This document shows, piece by piece, positions 51,801 to 64,000 of a DNA stretch of 64,000 bases. The notes beneath the pieces were generated by a model, which did no database searches, was not told the DNA's origin, and saw nothing but the letters and a program-made list of their open reading frames with translations. The stretch is from the NCBI RefSeq assembly GCF_009914755.1, contig NC_060928.1; one strand, written 5' to 3'. A program made the translations under genes and the position numbers. The stretch comes from the human T2T-CHM13v2.0 reference genome, Homo sapiens. Each line of letters starts with the position of its first letter. Position 1 is the stretch's first letter.

Positions 51801-54800
51801 CGGCACTACCTGGAAGTGGATATTTCGAGCTCTTTGAGGCCTATGGTTAAAAGGAAATATCTTCCCATAAAAACTAGACAGAAGCCGTCTCAGAAACTTG
51901 TTTGTGATGTGTGTATTCAACTAACAGAGTTGAACATTTCTGTTACAGAGCAATTTTAAAACACTCTTTTTGTGGAATCTGAAAGTGGATAATTGGATAG
52001 CTTTGTGGATTTCGTTGGAAACGGGATGACGTATAAAATCTAGAGAGAAGCATTCTCAGGAACTTCTTTCTGATGTTTGCATTCAAGTCACAGAATTGAA
52101 CATTCCTTTTCATAGTGCAGGTTTGAAACACTCTTTCTGTAGTATCTGGAAGTGGACATTTCAAGCGCTTTCAGGCCTACGGGGAGAAAGGAAATATCTT
52201 CAAATAAAAACTAGACAGAAGGATTCTCAGAAACTTATTTGTGATGTGTGTCCTAAACGAACACAGTTGAACCTTTGTTTAGATACAGCATTTTGGAAAC
52301 ACTCCTTTTGTAGGATCTGCAGGTGGATATTTGGATAGATTTTAAGATTTCGTTGGAAACGGGAGTTTCTTCATAGAAACTCAAGACAGATGCATTCTCA
52401 GAAACATCTCTGTGATGTTTGCATTCCACTCATAGAGTTGAAAACTTCCTTTCATAGAGCAGGTTTGAAACACTCTTTTTGTAATATTTGGAAGTGGACA
52501 TTTGCAGCGCTTTGAGGCCTATGGTGAAAAAGGAAATATCTTCTCATAAAAACCAGAAACAAGCATTCTCAGAAACTTCTTTTTGATGTGTGTACTCAAG
52601 TAACAGAGTTGAACCTTCCTTTTGACACAGCAGTTTTGAAACAATCTTTTTGTAGAATCTGCAAGTGGATATTTGGATAGCTTTGAGGATTTCGTTGGAA
52701 ACGGGATATCTTCATATAAAATCTAGACAGAAGCATTCTCAGAAACTTCTTTGTGCTGTATGTCCTCAATTAACAGAGTTGAACCATTGCTTGGATACAG
52801 CATTTTGGAAACATTCCTTTAGTAGAATGTGCAAGTTGATATTTAGATAGATTTGAAGATTTCGTTGGAAAAGGGAATATCTCCATATAAAATCTAGACG
52901 GAAGCATTCTCAGAAACTGCTTTGTGATGTTTCCATTCAAGTCACAGAGTTGAATATTCCCTTTTATAGAGCACGTTTGAAACACTCTTTCTGCACTATC
53001 TGGAAGTGGACATTTCGAGCGCTTTGAGGCCTATGGTGAAAAAGGAAATATCTTCCCATAAAAATTAGACAGAAGCATTCTCAGAAACTTGTTTGTGATG
53101 TGTGTATTCAACTAACAGAGTTGAACTTTTGTTTTTACAGAGCCGTTTTAAAACACTCTTTTTGTGGAATCAGAAAGTGGATATTCGGATGGCTCTGAGG
53201 ATTTCGTTGGAAGCGGGATTACATATAAAATCTAGAGAGAAGCATTCTCAGGAACTTCTTTGTGATGTTTGCATTGAAGTCACAGAATTGAACATTCACT
53301 TTGATAGAGCAGGTTTGAAACACTCATTCTGTAGTATCTGGAAGTGGACATTTCAAGCGCTTTCAGGCATATGGTGAAAAAGGAAATATCTTCGAATAAA
53401 AACTAGACAGAAGCATCCTCAGAAACTTATTTGTGATGTGTGTCCTCAACTAACAGAGTTGAAACTTTGTTTTGATACAGCATTTTGGAAACACTCCTTT
53501 TGTAGAATCTGCAGGTGGATATGTGGATAGCTCTGAAGATTTCGTTGGAAACGGGAATTTCTTCATATAAAATCAAACAGAAGCATTCTCAGAAACTTCT
53601 CAGTGATGTTTGCATTCAGCTCATGGAGTTGAACACTTCCTTTCATAGAGCCGGTTTGAAACACTCTTTCTGCACTACCTGGAAGAGGCCATTTCGAGCG
53701 CTTTGAGTCCTATGGTGAAAAAGGAAATATCTTCTCATAAAAACCAGAAAGAAGCATTCTCAGAAACTTCTTTGTGTTGTGTGTACTCATGTAACAGTGT
53801 TGAACCATCCTTTTGACAGAGCAGTTTTGAAACACTCTTTTTGTAGAATCTGCAAGTGGATATTTGGATAGCTTTGAGGATTTCGTTGGAAACGGGATGA
53901 CATATAATATCTAGAGAGAAGCATTCTCAGGAACTTCTTTGTGCTGTTTGCATTCAAGTCACAGAATTGAACATTCCCTTTCATAGAGCAGATTTGAAAC
54001 ACTCTTTCTCTAGTATCTGGAAGTGGGCATTTCAAGCGCTTTCAGGCCTATTGAGAGAAAGGAAATACCTTCAAATAAAAACTAGACAGAAGCATTCTCA
54101 GAAACTTGTTTGTGATGTGTGTATTCAACTAACAGAGTTGAACTTTTGTTTTTACAGAGCCGTTTTAAAACACTCTTTTTGTGGAATCAGAAAGTGGATA
54201 TTCGGATGGCTCTGAGGATTTCGTTGGAAGCGGGATTACGTATAAAATCTAGAGAGAAGCATTCTCAGGAACTTCTTTGTGATGTTTGCATTGAAGTCAC
54301 AGAATTGAACATTCACTTTGATAGAGCAGGTTTGAAACACTCATTCTGTAGTATCTGGAAGTGGACATTTCAAGCGCTTTCAGGCCTATGGTGAGAAAGG
54401 AAATATCTTCGAATAAAAACTAGACAGAAGCATCCTCAGAAACTTATTTGTGATGTGTGTCCTCAACTAACAGAGTTGAAACTTTGTTTTGATACAGCAT
54501 TTTGGAAACACTCTTTTTGTAGAATCTGCAGGTGGATATTTGGATAGCTTAGAGGGATTCGTTGGAAAGGGGATATCTTCATATAAAATCTAGACAGAAG
54601 CATTCTCAGAAACTTATTTGTGATGTGTGTCCTCAACTAACAGAGTTGAACCTTGGTTTTGATACAGCATTTTGGAAACACTCCTTTTGTAGAATCTGCA
54701 GGTGGATATGTGGATAGCTCTGAAGATTTCGTTGGAAACGGGAATTTCTTCATATAAAATCAAACAGAAGCATTCTCAGAAACTTCTCAGTGATGTTTGC

Positions 54801-57800
54801 ATTCAGCTCATGGAGTTGAACACTTCCTTTCATAGAGCCGGTTTGAAACACTCTTTCTGCACTACCTGGAAGAGGACATTTCGAGCGCTTTGAGTCCTAT
54901 GGTGAAAAAGGAAATATCTTCTCATAAAAACCAGAAAGAAGCATTCTCAGAAACTTCTTTGTGTTGTGTGTACTCATGTAACAGTGTTGAACCATCCTTT
55001 TGACAGAGCAGTTTTGAAACACTCTTTTTGTAGAATCTGCAAGTGGATATTTGGATAGCTTTGAGGATTTCGTTGGAAACGGGATGACATATAATATCTA
55101 GAGAGAAGCATTCTCAGGAACTTCTTTGTGATGTTTGCATTCAAGTCACAGAATTGAACATTCCCTTTCATAGAGCAGGTTTGAAACACTCTTTCTCTAG
55201 TATCTGGAAGTGGGCATTTCAAGCGCTTTCAGGCCTATGGAGAGAAAGGAAATACCTTCAAATAAAAACTAGACAGAAGCATTCTCAGAAACTTATTTGT
55301 GATGTGTGTCCTCAACTAACAGAGTTGAACCTTTGTTTTGATACAGCATTTTGGAAACACTCCTTTTGTAGAATCTGCAGGTGGATATTTGGATAACTTT
55401 GAAGATTTCGTTGGAAACCGGAATATCTTCATATAAAATCAAGACAGAAGCATTCTCGGAAACATCTCTGTGATGTTTGCATTCAACTCAGTAGAGTTGA
55501 ACACTTCCTTTCATAGAGCCGGTTTGAAACACTCTTTCTGCACTACCTGGAAGCGGACATTTCGAGCGCTTTGAGGCCTATGGTGAAAAAGGAAATATCT
55601 TCTCATAAAAACCAGAAAGAAGCATTCTCAGAAACTTCTTTGTGTTGTGTGTACTCAAGTAACAGTGTTGAACCTTCCTTTTGACACAGCAGTTTTGAAA
55701 CACTCTTTTGGTAGAATCTGCAAGTGGATATTTGGATAGCTTTGAGGATTTCGTTGGAAACGGGTTATCTTCATATAAAATCCAGACAGGAGCATTCTCA
55801 GAAACTTCTTTGTGCTGCATGTCCTCAATTCACAGAGCTGAACCTTTGTTTGGATACAGCATTTTGGAAACATTCCTTTAGTAGAATCTGCAAGTTGATA
55901 TTTAGATAGCTTTGAAGATTTCGTTGGAAACGGGAATATCTTCATAGAAAATCTAGACGGAAGCATTCTCAGAAACTGCTTTGTGATGTTTGCATTCAAG
56001 TCACAGAGTTGAATATTCCCTTTTATAGAGTAGGTTTGAAACACTCTTTCGGCACTACCTGGAAGTGGATATTTCGAGCTCTTTGAGGCCTATGGTTAAA
56101 AGGAAATATCTTCCCATAAAAACTAGACAGAAGCCGTCTCAGAAACTTGTTTGTGATGTGTGTATTCAACTAACAGAGTTGAACATTTCTGTTACAGAGC
56201 AATTTTAAAACACTCTTTTTGTGGAATCTGAAAGTGGATAATTGGATAGCTTTGTGGATTTCGTTGGAAACGGGATGACGTATAAAATCTAGAGAGAAGC
56301 ATTCTCAGGAACTTCTTTCTGATGTTTGCATTCAAGTCACAGAATTGAACATTCCTTTTCATAGTGCAGGTTTGAAACACTCTTTCTGTAGTATCTGGAA
56401 GTGGACATTTCAAGCGCTTTCAGGCCTACGGGGAGAAAGGAAATATCTTCAAATAAAAACTAGACAGAAGGATTCTCAGAAACTTATTTGTGATGTGTGT
56501 CCTAAACGAACACAGTTGAACCTTTGTTTAGATACAGCATTTTGGAAACACTCCTTTTGTAGGATCTGCAGGTGGATATTTGGATAGATTTTAAGATTTC
56601 GTTGGAAACGGGAGTTTCTTCATAGAAACTCAAGACAGATGCATTCTCAGAAACATCTCTGTGATGTTTGCATTCCACTCATAGAGTTGAAAACTTCCTT
56701 TCATAGAGCAGGTTTGAAACACTCTTTTTGTAATATTTGGAAGTGGACATTTGCAGCGCTTTGAGGCCTATGGTGAAAAAGGAAATATCTTCTCATAAAA
56801 ACCAGAAACAAGCATTCTCAGAAACTTCTTTTTGATGTGTGTACTCAAGTAACAGAGTTGAACCTTCCTTTTGACACAGCAGTTTTGAAACAATCTTTTT
56901 GTAGAATCTGCAAGTGGATATTTGGATAGCTTTGAGGATTTCGTTGGAAACGGGATATCTTCATATAAAATCTAGACAGAAGCATTCTCAGAAACTTCTT
57001 TGTGCTGTATGTCCTCAATTAACAGAGTTGAACCATTGCTTGGATACAGCATTTTGGAAACATTCCTTTAGTAGAATCTGCAAGTTGATATTGAGATAGA
57101 TTTGAAGATTTCGTTGGAAAAGGGAATATCTCCATATAAAATCTAGACGGAAGCATTCTCAGAAACTGCTTTGTGATGTTTCCATTCAAGTCACAGAGTT
57201 GAATATTCCCTTTTATAGAGCACGTTTGAAACACTCTTTCTGCACTATCTGGAAGTGGACATTTCGAGCGCTTTGAGGCCTATGGTGAAAAAGGAAATAT
57301 CTTCCCATAAAAATTAGACAGAAGCATTCTCAGAAACTTGTTTGTGATGTGTGTATTCAACTAACAGAGTTGAACTTTTGTTTTTACAGAGCCGTTTTAA
57401 AACACTCTTTTTGTGGAATCAGAAAGTGGATATTCGGATGGCTCTGAGGATTTCGTTGGAAGCGGGATTACATATAAAATCTAGAGAGAAGCATTCTCAG
57501 GAACTTCTTTGTGATGTTTGCATTGAAGTCACAGAATTGAACATTCACTTTGATAGAGCAGGTTTGAAACACTCATTCTGTAGTATCTGGAAGTGGACAT
57601 TTCAAGCGCTTTCAGGCCTATGGTGAAAAAGGAAATATCTTCGAATAAAAACTAGACAGAAGCATCCTCAGAAACTTATTTGTGATGTGTGTCCTCAACT
57701 AACAGAGTTGAAACTTTGTTTTGATACAGCATTTTGGAAACACTCCTTTTGTAGAATCTGCAGGTGGATATGTGGATAGCTCTGAAGATTTCGTTGGAAA

Positions 57801-60800
57801 CGGGAATTTCTTCATATAAAATCAAACAGAAGCATTCTCAGAAACTTCTCAGTGATGTTTGCATTCAGCTCATGGAGTTGAACACTTCCTTTCATAGAGT
57901 CGGTTTGAAACACTCTTTCTGCACTACCTGGAAGAGGCCATTTCGAGCGCTTTGAGTCCTATGGTGAAAAAGGAAATATCTTCTCATAAAAACCAGAAAG
58001 AAGCATTCTCAGAAACTTCTTTGTGTTGTGTGTACTCATGTAACAGTGTTGAACCATCCTTTTGACAGAGCAGTTTTGAAACACTCTTTTTGTAGAATCT
58101 GCAAGTGGATATTTGGATAGCTTTGAGGATTTCGTTGGAAACGGGATGACATATAATATCTAGAGAGAAGCATTCTCAGGAACTTCTTTGTGCTGTTTGC
58201 ATTCAAGTCACAGAATTGAACATTCCCTTTCATAGAGCAGATTTGAAACACTCTTTCTCTAGTATCTGGAAGTGGGCATTTCAAGCGCTTTCAGGCCTAT
58301 TGAGAGAAAGGAAATACCTTCAAATAAAAACTAGACAGAAGCATTCTCAGAAACTTGTTTGTGATGTGTGTATTCAACTAACAGAGTTGAACTTTTGTTT
58401 TTACAGAGCCGTTTAAAAACACTCTTTTTGTGGAATCAGAAAGTGGATATTCGGATGGCTCTGAGGATTTCGTTGGAAGCGGGAATACATATAAAATCTA
58501 GAGAGAAGCATTCTCAGGAACTTCTTTGTGATGTTTGCATTGAAGTCACAGAATTGAACATTCACTTTGATAGAGCAGGTTTGAAACACTCATTCTGTAG
58601 TATCTGGAAGTGGACATTTCAAGCGCTTTCAGGCCTATGGTGAGAAAGGAAATATCTTCGAATAAAAACTAGACAGAAGCATCCTCAGAAACTTATTTGT
58701 GATGTGTGTCCTCCACTAACAGAGTTGAAACTTTGTTTTGATACAGCATTTTGGAAACACTCTTTTTGTAGAATCTGCAGGTGGATATTTGGATAGCTTA
58801 GAGGGATTCGTTGGAAAGGGGATATCTTCATATAAAATCTAGACAGAAGCATTCTCAGAAACTTATTTGTGATGTGTGTCCTCAACTAACAGAGTTGAAC
58901 CTTGGTTTTGATACAGCATTTTGGAAACACTCCTTTTGTAGAATCTGCAGGTGGATATGTGGATAGCTCTGAAGATTTCGTTGGAAACGGGAATTTCTTC
59001 ATATAAAATCAAACAGAAGCATTCTCAGAAACTTCTCAGTGATGTTTGCATTCAGCTCATGGAGTTGAACACTTCCTTTCATAGAGCCGGTTTGAAACAC
59101 TCTTTCTGCACTACCTGGAAGAGGACATTTCGAGCGCTTTGAGTCCTATGGTGAAAAAGGAAATATCTTCTCATAAAAACCAGAAAGAAGCATTCTCAGA
59201 AACTTCTTTGTGTTGTGTGTACTCATGTAACAGTGTTGAACCATCCTTTTGACAGAGCAGTTTTGAAACACTCTTTTTGTAGAATCTGCAAGTGGATATT
59301 TGGATAGCTTTGAGGATTTCGTTGGAAACGGGATGACATATAATATCTAGAGAGAAGCATACTCAGGAACTTCTTTGTGATGTTTGCATTCAAGTCACAG
59401 AATTGAACATTCCCTTTCATAGAGCAGGTTTGAAACACTCTTTCTCTAGTATCTGGAAGTGGGCATTTCAAGCGCTTTCAGGCCTATGGAGAGAAAGGAA
59501 ATACCTTCAAATAAAAACTAGACAGAAGCATTCTCAGAAACTTATTTGTGATGTGTGTCCTCAACTAACAGAGTTGAACCTTTGTTTTGATACAGCATTT
59601 TGGAAACACTCCTTTTGTAGAATCTGCAGGTGGATATTTGGATAACTTTGAAGATTTCGTTGGAAACCGGAATATCTTCATATAAAATCAAGACAGAAGC
59701 ATTCTCGGAAACATCTCTGTGATGTTTGCATTCAACTCAGTAGAGTTGAACACTTCCTTTCATAGAGCAGGTTTGAAACACTCTTTCTGCACTACCTGGA
59801 AGCGGACATTTCGAGCGCTTTGAGGCCTATGGTGAAAAAGGAAATATCTTCTCATAAAAACCAGAAAGAAGCATTCTCAGAAACTTCTTTGTGTTGTGTG
59901 TACTCAAGTAACAGTGTTGAACCTTCCTTTTGACACAGCAGTTTTGAAACACTCTTTTGGTAGAATCTGCAAGTGGATATTTGGATAGCTTTGAGGATTT
60001 CGTTGGAAACGGGTTATCTTCATATAAAATCCAGACAGGAGCATTCTCAGAAACTTCTTTGTGCTGCATGTCCTCAATTCACAGAGCTGAACCTTTGTTT
60101 GGATACAGCATTTTGGAAACATTCCTTTAGTAGAATCTGCAAGTTGATATTTAGATAGCTTTGAAGATTTCGTTGGAAACGGGAATATCTTCATAGAAAA
60201 TCTAGACGGAAGCATTCTCAGAAACTGCTTTGTGATGTTTGCATTCAAGTCACAGAGTTGAATATTCCCTTTTATAGAGTAGGTTTGAAACACTCTTTCG
60301 GCACTACCTGGAAGTGGATATTTCGAGCTCTTTGAGGCCTATGGTTAAAAGGAAATATCTTCCCATAAAAACTAGACAGAAGCCGTCTCAGAAACTTGTT
60401 TGTGATGTGTGTATTCAACTACCAGAGTTGAACATTTCTGTTACAGAGCAATTTTAAAACACTCTTTTTGTGGAATCTGAAAGTGGATAATTGGATAGCT
60501 TTGTGGATTTCGTTGGAAACGGGATGACGTATAAAATCTAGAGAGAAGCATTCTCAGGAACTTCTTTCTGATGTTTGCATTCAAGTCACAGAATTGAACA
60601 TTCCTTTTCATAGTGCAGGTTTGAAACACTCTTTCTGTAGTATCTGGAAGTGGACATTTCAAGCGCTTTCAGGCCTACGGGGAGAAAGGAAATATCTTCA
60701 AATAAAAACTAGACAGAAGGATTCTCAGAAACTTATTTGTGATGTGTGTCCTAAACGAACACAGTTGAACCTTTGTTTTGATACAGCATTTTGGAAACAC

Positions 60801-61573
60801 TCCTTTTGTAGGATCTGCAGGTGGATATTTGGATAGATTTTAAGATTTCGTTGGAAACGGGAGTTTCTTCATAGAAACTCAAGACAGATGCATTCTCAGA
60901 AACATCTCTGTGATGTTTGCATTCCACTCATAGAGTTGAAAACTTCCTTTCATAGAGCAGGTTTGAAACACTCTTTTTGTAATATTTGGAAGTGGACATT
61001 TGCAGCGCTTTGAGGCCTATGGTGAAAAAGGAAATATCTTCTCATAAAAACCAGAAACAAGCATTCTCAGAAACTTCTTTTTGATGTGTGTACTCAAGTA
61101 ACAGAGTTGAACCTTCCTTTTGACACAGCAGTTTTGAAACAATCTTTTTGTAGAATCTGCAAGTGGATATTTGGATAGCTTTGAGGATTTCGTTGGAAAC
61201 GGGATATCTTCATATAAAATCCAGACAGAAGCATTCTCAGAAACTTCTTTGTGCTGTATGTCCTCAATTAACAGAGTTGAACCATTGCTTGGATACAGCA
61301 TTTTGGAAACATTCCTTGAGTAGAATCTGCAAGTTGATATTTAGATAGATTTGAAGATTTCGTTGGAAAAGGGAATATCTCCATATAAAATCTAGAGGGA
61401 AGCATTCTCAGAAACTGCTTTGTGATGTTTCCATTCAAGTCACAGAGTTGAATATTCCCTTTTATAGAGCACGTTTGAAACACTCTTTCTGCACTATCTG
61501 GAAGTGGACATTTCGAGCGCTTTGAGGCCTATGGTGAAAAAGGAAATATCTTCCCATAAAAACTAGACAGAAG
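48827..61573 (+). repeat. Three tandem 25-mer super-units: 6-mers 48827-49843, 53076-54092, 57325-58341; 19-mers 49844-53075, 54093-57324, 58342-61573
   Basis: Marker spacings 1017/3232 repeated three times. Confidence 0.96.
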
Positions 61574-64000
61574 CATTCTCAGAATCTTGTTTGTGATGTG
61601 TGTATTCAACTAACAGAGTTGAACTTTTGTTTTTACAGAGCCGTTTTAAAACACTCTTTTTGTGGAATCAGAAAGTGGATATTCGGATGGCTCTGAGGAT
61701 TTCGTTGGAAGCGGGATTACATATAAAATCTAGAGAGAAGCATTCTCAGGAACTTCTTTGTGATGTTTGCATTGAAGTCACAGAATTGAACATTCACTTT
61801 GATAGAGCAGGTTTGAAACACTCATTCTGTAGTATCTGGAAGTGGACATTTCAAGCGCTTTCAGGCCTATGGTGAGAAAGGAAATATCTTCGAATAAAAA
61901 CTAGACAGAAGCATCCTCAGAAACTTATTTGTGATGTGTGTCCTCAACTAACAGAGTTGAAACTTTGTTTTGATACAGCATTTTGGAAACACTCTTTTTG
62001 TAGAATCTGCAGGTGGATATTTGGATAGCTTAGAGGGATTCGTTGGAAAGGGGATATCTTCATATAAAATCTAGACAGAAGCATTCTCAGAAACTTATTT
62101 GTGATGTGTGTCCTCAACTAACAGAGTTGAACCTTGGTTTTGATACAGCATTTTGGAAACACTCCTTTTGTAGAATCTGCAGGTGGATATGTGGATAGCT
62201 CTGAAGATTTCGTTGGAAACGGGAATTTCTTCATATAAAATCAAACAGAAGCATTCTCAGAAACTTCTCAGTGATGTTTGCATTCAGCTCATGGAGTTGA
62301 ACACTTCCTTTCATAGAGCCGGTTTGAAACACTCTTTCTGCACTACCTGGAAGAGGACATTTCGAGCGCTTTGAGTCCTATGGTGAAAAAGGAAATATCT
62401 TCTCATAAAAACCAGAAAGAAGCATTCTCAGAAACTTCTTTGTGTTGTGTGTACTCATGTAACAGTGTTGAACCATCCTTTTGACAGAGCAGTTTTGAAA
62501 CACTCTTTTTGTAGAATCTGCAAGTGGATATTTGGATAGCTTTGAGGATTTCGTTGGAAACGGGATGACATATAATATCTAGAGAGAAGCATTCTCAGGA
62601 ACTTCTTTGTGATGTTTGCATTCAAGTCACAGAATTGAACATTCCCTTTCATAGAGCAGGTTTGAAACACTCTTTCTCTAGTATCTGGAAGTGGGCATTT
62701 CAAGCGCTTTCAGGCCTATGGAGAGAAAGGAAATACCTTCAAATAAAAACTAGACAGAAGCATTCTCAGAAACTTATTTGTGATGTGTGTCCTCAACTAA
62801 CAGAGTTGAACCTTTGTTTTGATACAGCATTTTGGAAACACTCCTTTTGTAGAATCTGCAGGTGGATATTTGGATAACTTTGAAGATTTCGTTGGAAACC
62901 GGAATATCTTCATATAAAATCAAGACAGAAGCATTCTCGGAAACATCTCTGTGATGTTTGCATTCAACTCAGTAGAGTTGAACACTTCCTTTCATAGAGC
63001 CGGTTTGAAACACTCTTTCTGCACTACCTGGAAGCGGACATTTCGAGCGCTTTGAGGCCTATGGTGAAAAAGGAAATATCTTCTCATAAAAACCAGAAAG
63101 AAGCATTCTCAGAAACTTCTTTGTGTTGTGTGTACTCAAGTAACAGTGTTGAACCTTCCTTTTGACACAGCAGTTTTGAAACACTCTTTTGGTAGAATCT
63201 GCAAGTGGATATTTGGATAGCTTTGAGGATTTCGTTGGAAACGGGTTATCTTCATATAAAATCCAGACAGGAGCATTCTCAGAAACTTCTTTGTGCTGCA
63301 TGTCCTCAATTCACAGAGCTGAACCTTTGTTTGGATACAGCATTTTGGAAACATTCCTTTAGTAGAATCTGCAAGTTGATATTTAGATAGCTTTGAAGAT
63401 TTCGTTGGAAACGGGAATATCTTCATAGAAAATCTAGACGGAAGCATTCTCAGAAACTGCTTTGTGATGTTTGCATTCAAGTCACAGAGTTGAATATTCC
63501 CTTTTATAGAGTAGGTTTGAAACACTCTTTCGGCACTACCTGGAAGTGGATATTTCGAGCTCTTTGAGGCCTATGGTTAAAAGGAAATATCTTCCCATAA
63601 AAACTAGACAGAAGCCGTCTCAGAAACTTGTTTGTGATGTGTGTATTCAACTAACAGAGTTGAACATTTCTGTTACAGAGCAATTTTAAAACACTCTTTT
63701 TGTGGAATCTGAAAGTGGATAATTGGATAGCTTTGTGGATTTCGTTGGAAACGGGATGACGTATAAAATCTAGAGAGAAGCATTCTCAGGAACTTCTTTC
63801 TGATGTTTGCATTCAAGTCACAGAATTGAACATTCCTTTTCATAGTGCAGGTTTGAAACACTCTTTCTGTAGTATCTGGAAGTGGACATTTCAAGCGCTT
63901 TCAGGCCTACGGGGAGAAAGGAAATATCTTCAAATAAAAACGAGACAGAAGGATTCTCAGAAACTTATTTGTGATGTGTGTCCTAAACGAAAACAGTTGA
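61574..64000 (+). repeat. Partial canonical 19-mer (m1 to start of m15), truncated by the window end
   Basis: The ORF offsets are the same as in the reference unit, and no 6-mer precedes it. Confidence 0.95.

Larger units (their letters stand above)
1..64000 (+). repeat. Alpha-satellite higher-order repeat array (centromeric), ~171-bp monomers, head-to-tail, single orientation; most likely human chr4 live array D4Z1 (S2C4H1L)
   Basis: The motif CATTCTCAGAAACT recurs every 166-172 bp. Monomers carry either CENP-B boxes (TTCGTTGGAAACGGGA) or A-type boxes (CTATGGTGAAAAAGGAA). The ORF pattern repeats exactly every 3232 bp. Alpha-satellite identity is certain. The chr4 assignment rests on recalled 19-mer/3.2-kb size (about 0.85 confidence). 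Confidence 0.99.

Noticed and set aside
48-63894. About 190 short ORFs (61-142 aa) on both strands, recurring periodically
   Set aside because: They are chance translations of alpha-satellite. Many start at GTG/TTG, they overlap on both strands, they show no recognisable domain, and they recur only because the DNA repeats.
4431-63942. The same CTAGAC to CGAGAC change in the m7 tail (4431) and the m14 tail (63942)
   Set aside because: Two isolated single-base events in paralogous monomers; they cannot be distinguished from coincidence.
1-64000. CRISPR-like array of conserved motifs separated by variable sequence
   Set aside because: The intervening sequences are homologous to one another and recur in fixed order. 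There are no unique spacers, leader or cas genes.
1-64000. Hidden L1/Alu insertion or inversion
   Set aside because: Unit lengths account for all bases, CENP-B boxes stay on the + strand throughout, and no poly-A tail or foreign sequence was seen.

Overview
The whole 64 kb window is one uninterrupted, single-orientation array of primate centromeric alpha-satellite DNA (about 376 monomers of 166-172 bp). It contains no genes, RNA genes, transposons, inversions or foreign inserts, and the ORF track is an artefact of the repeat. The basic unit is a 3232-bp, 19-monomer higher-order repeat (HOR; my numbering m1-m19, m1 starting at 22). Each 19-mer has 11 B-type monomers (8 intact and 3 broken CENP-B boxes) and 8 A-type monomers. 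Size and structure match the live human chromosome 4 HOR (D4Z1 / S2C4H1L, SF2); this is from recall, not a search. Unit order by monomer number: 19x6, 6, 19x3, 18, 6, 19, 6, 19, 6, 15, 6, 15, 6, 19, 6, 19, 6, 19, then a partial 19. A central domain (about 19.4-58.3 kb) is rich in structural variants and has switched to 25-mer (6+19, 4249 bp) and 21-mer (6+15, 3570 bp) super-periods. I found no new gene system. What is interesting is the evolutionary record of the array: a cryptic 7-mer ancestry, a single-origin 6-mer with perfect B/A alternation, a possible excision scar, an 18-mer intermediate, and a near-CENP-B box arising in an A-type monomer. All SNP calls were made by eye and may be incomplete.
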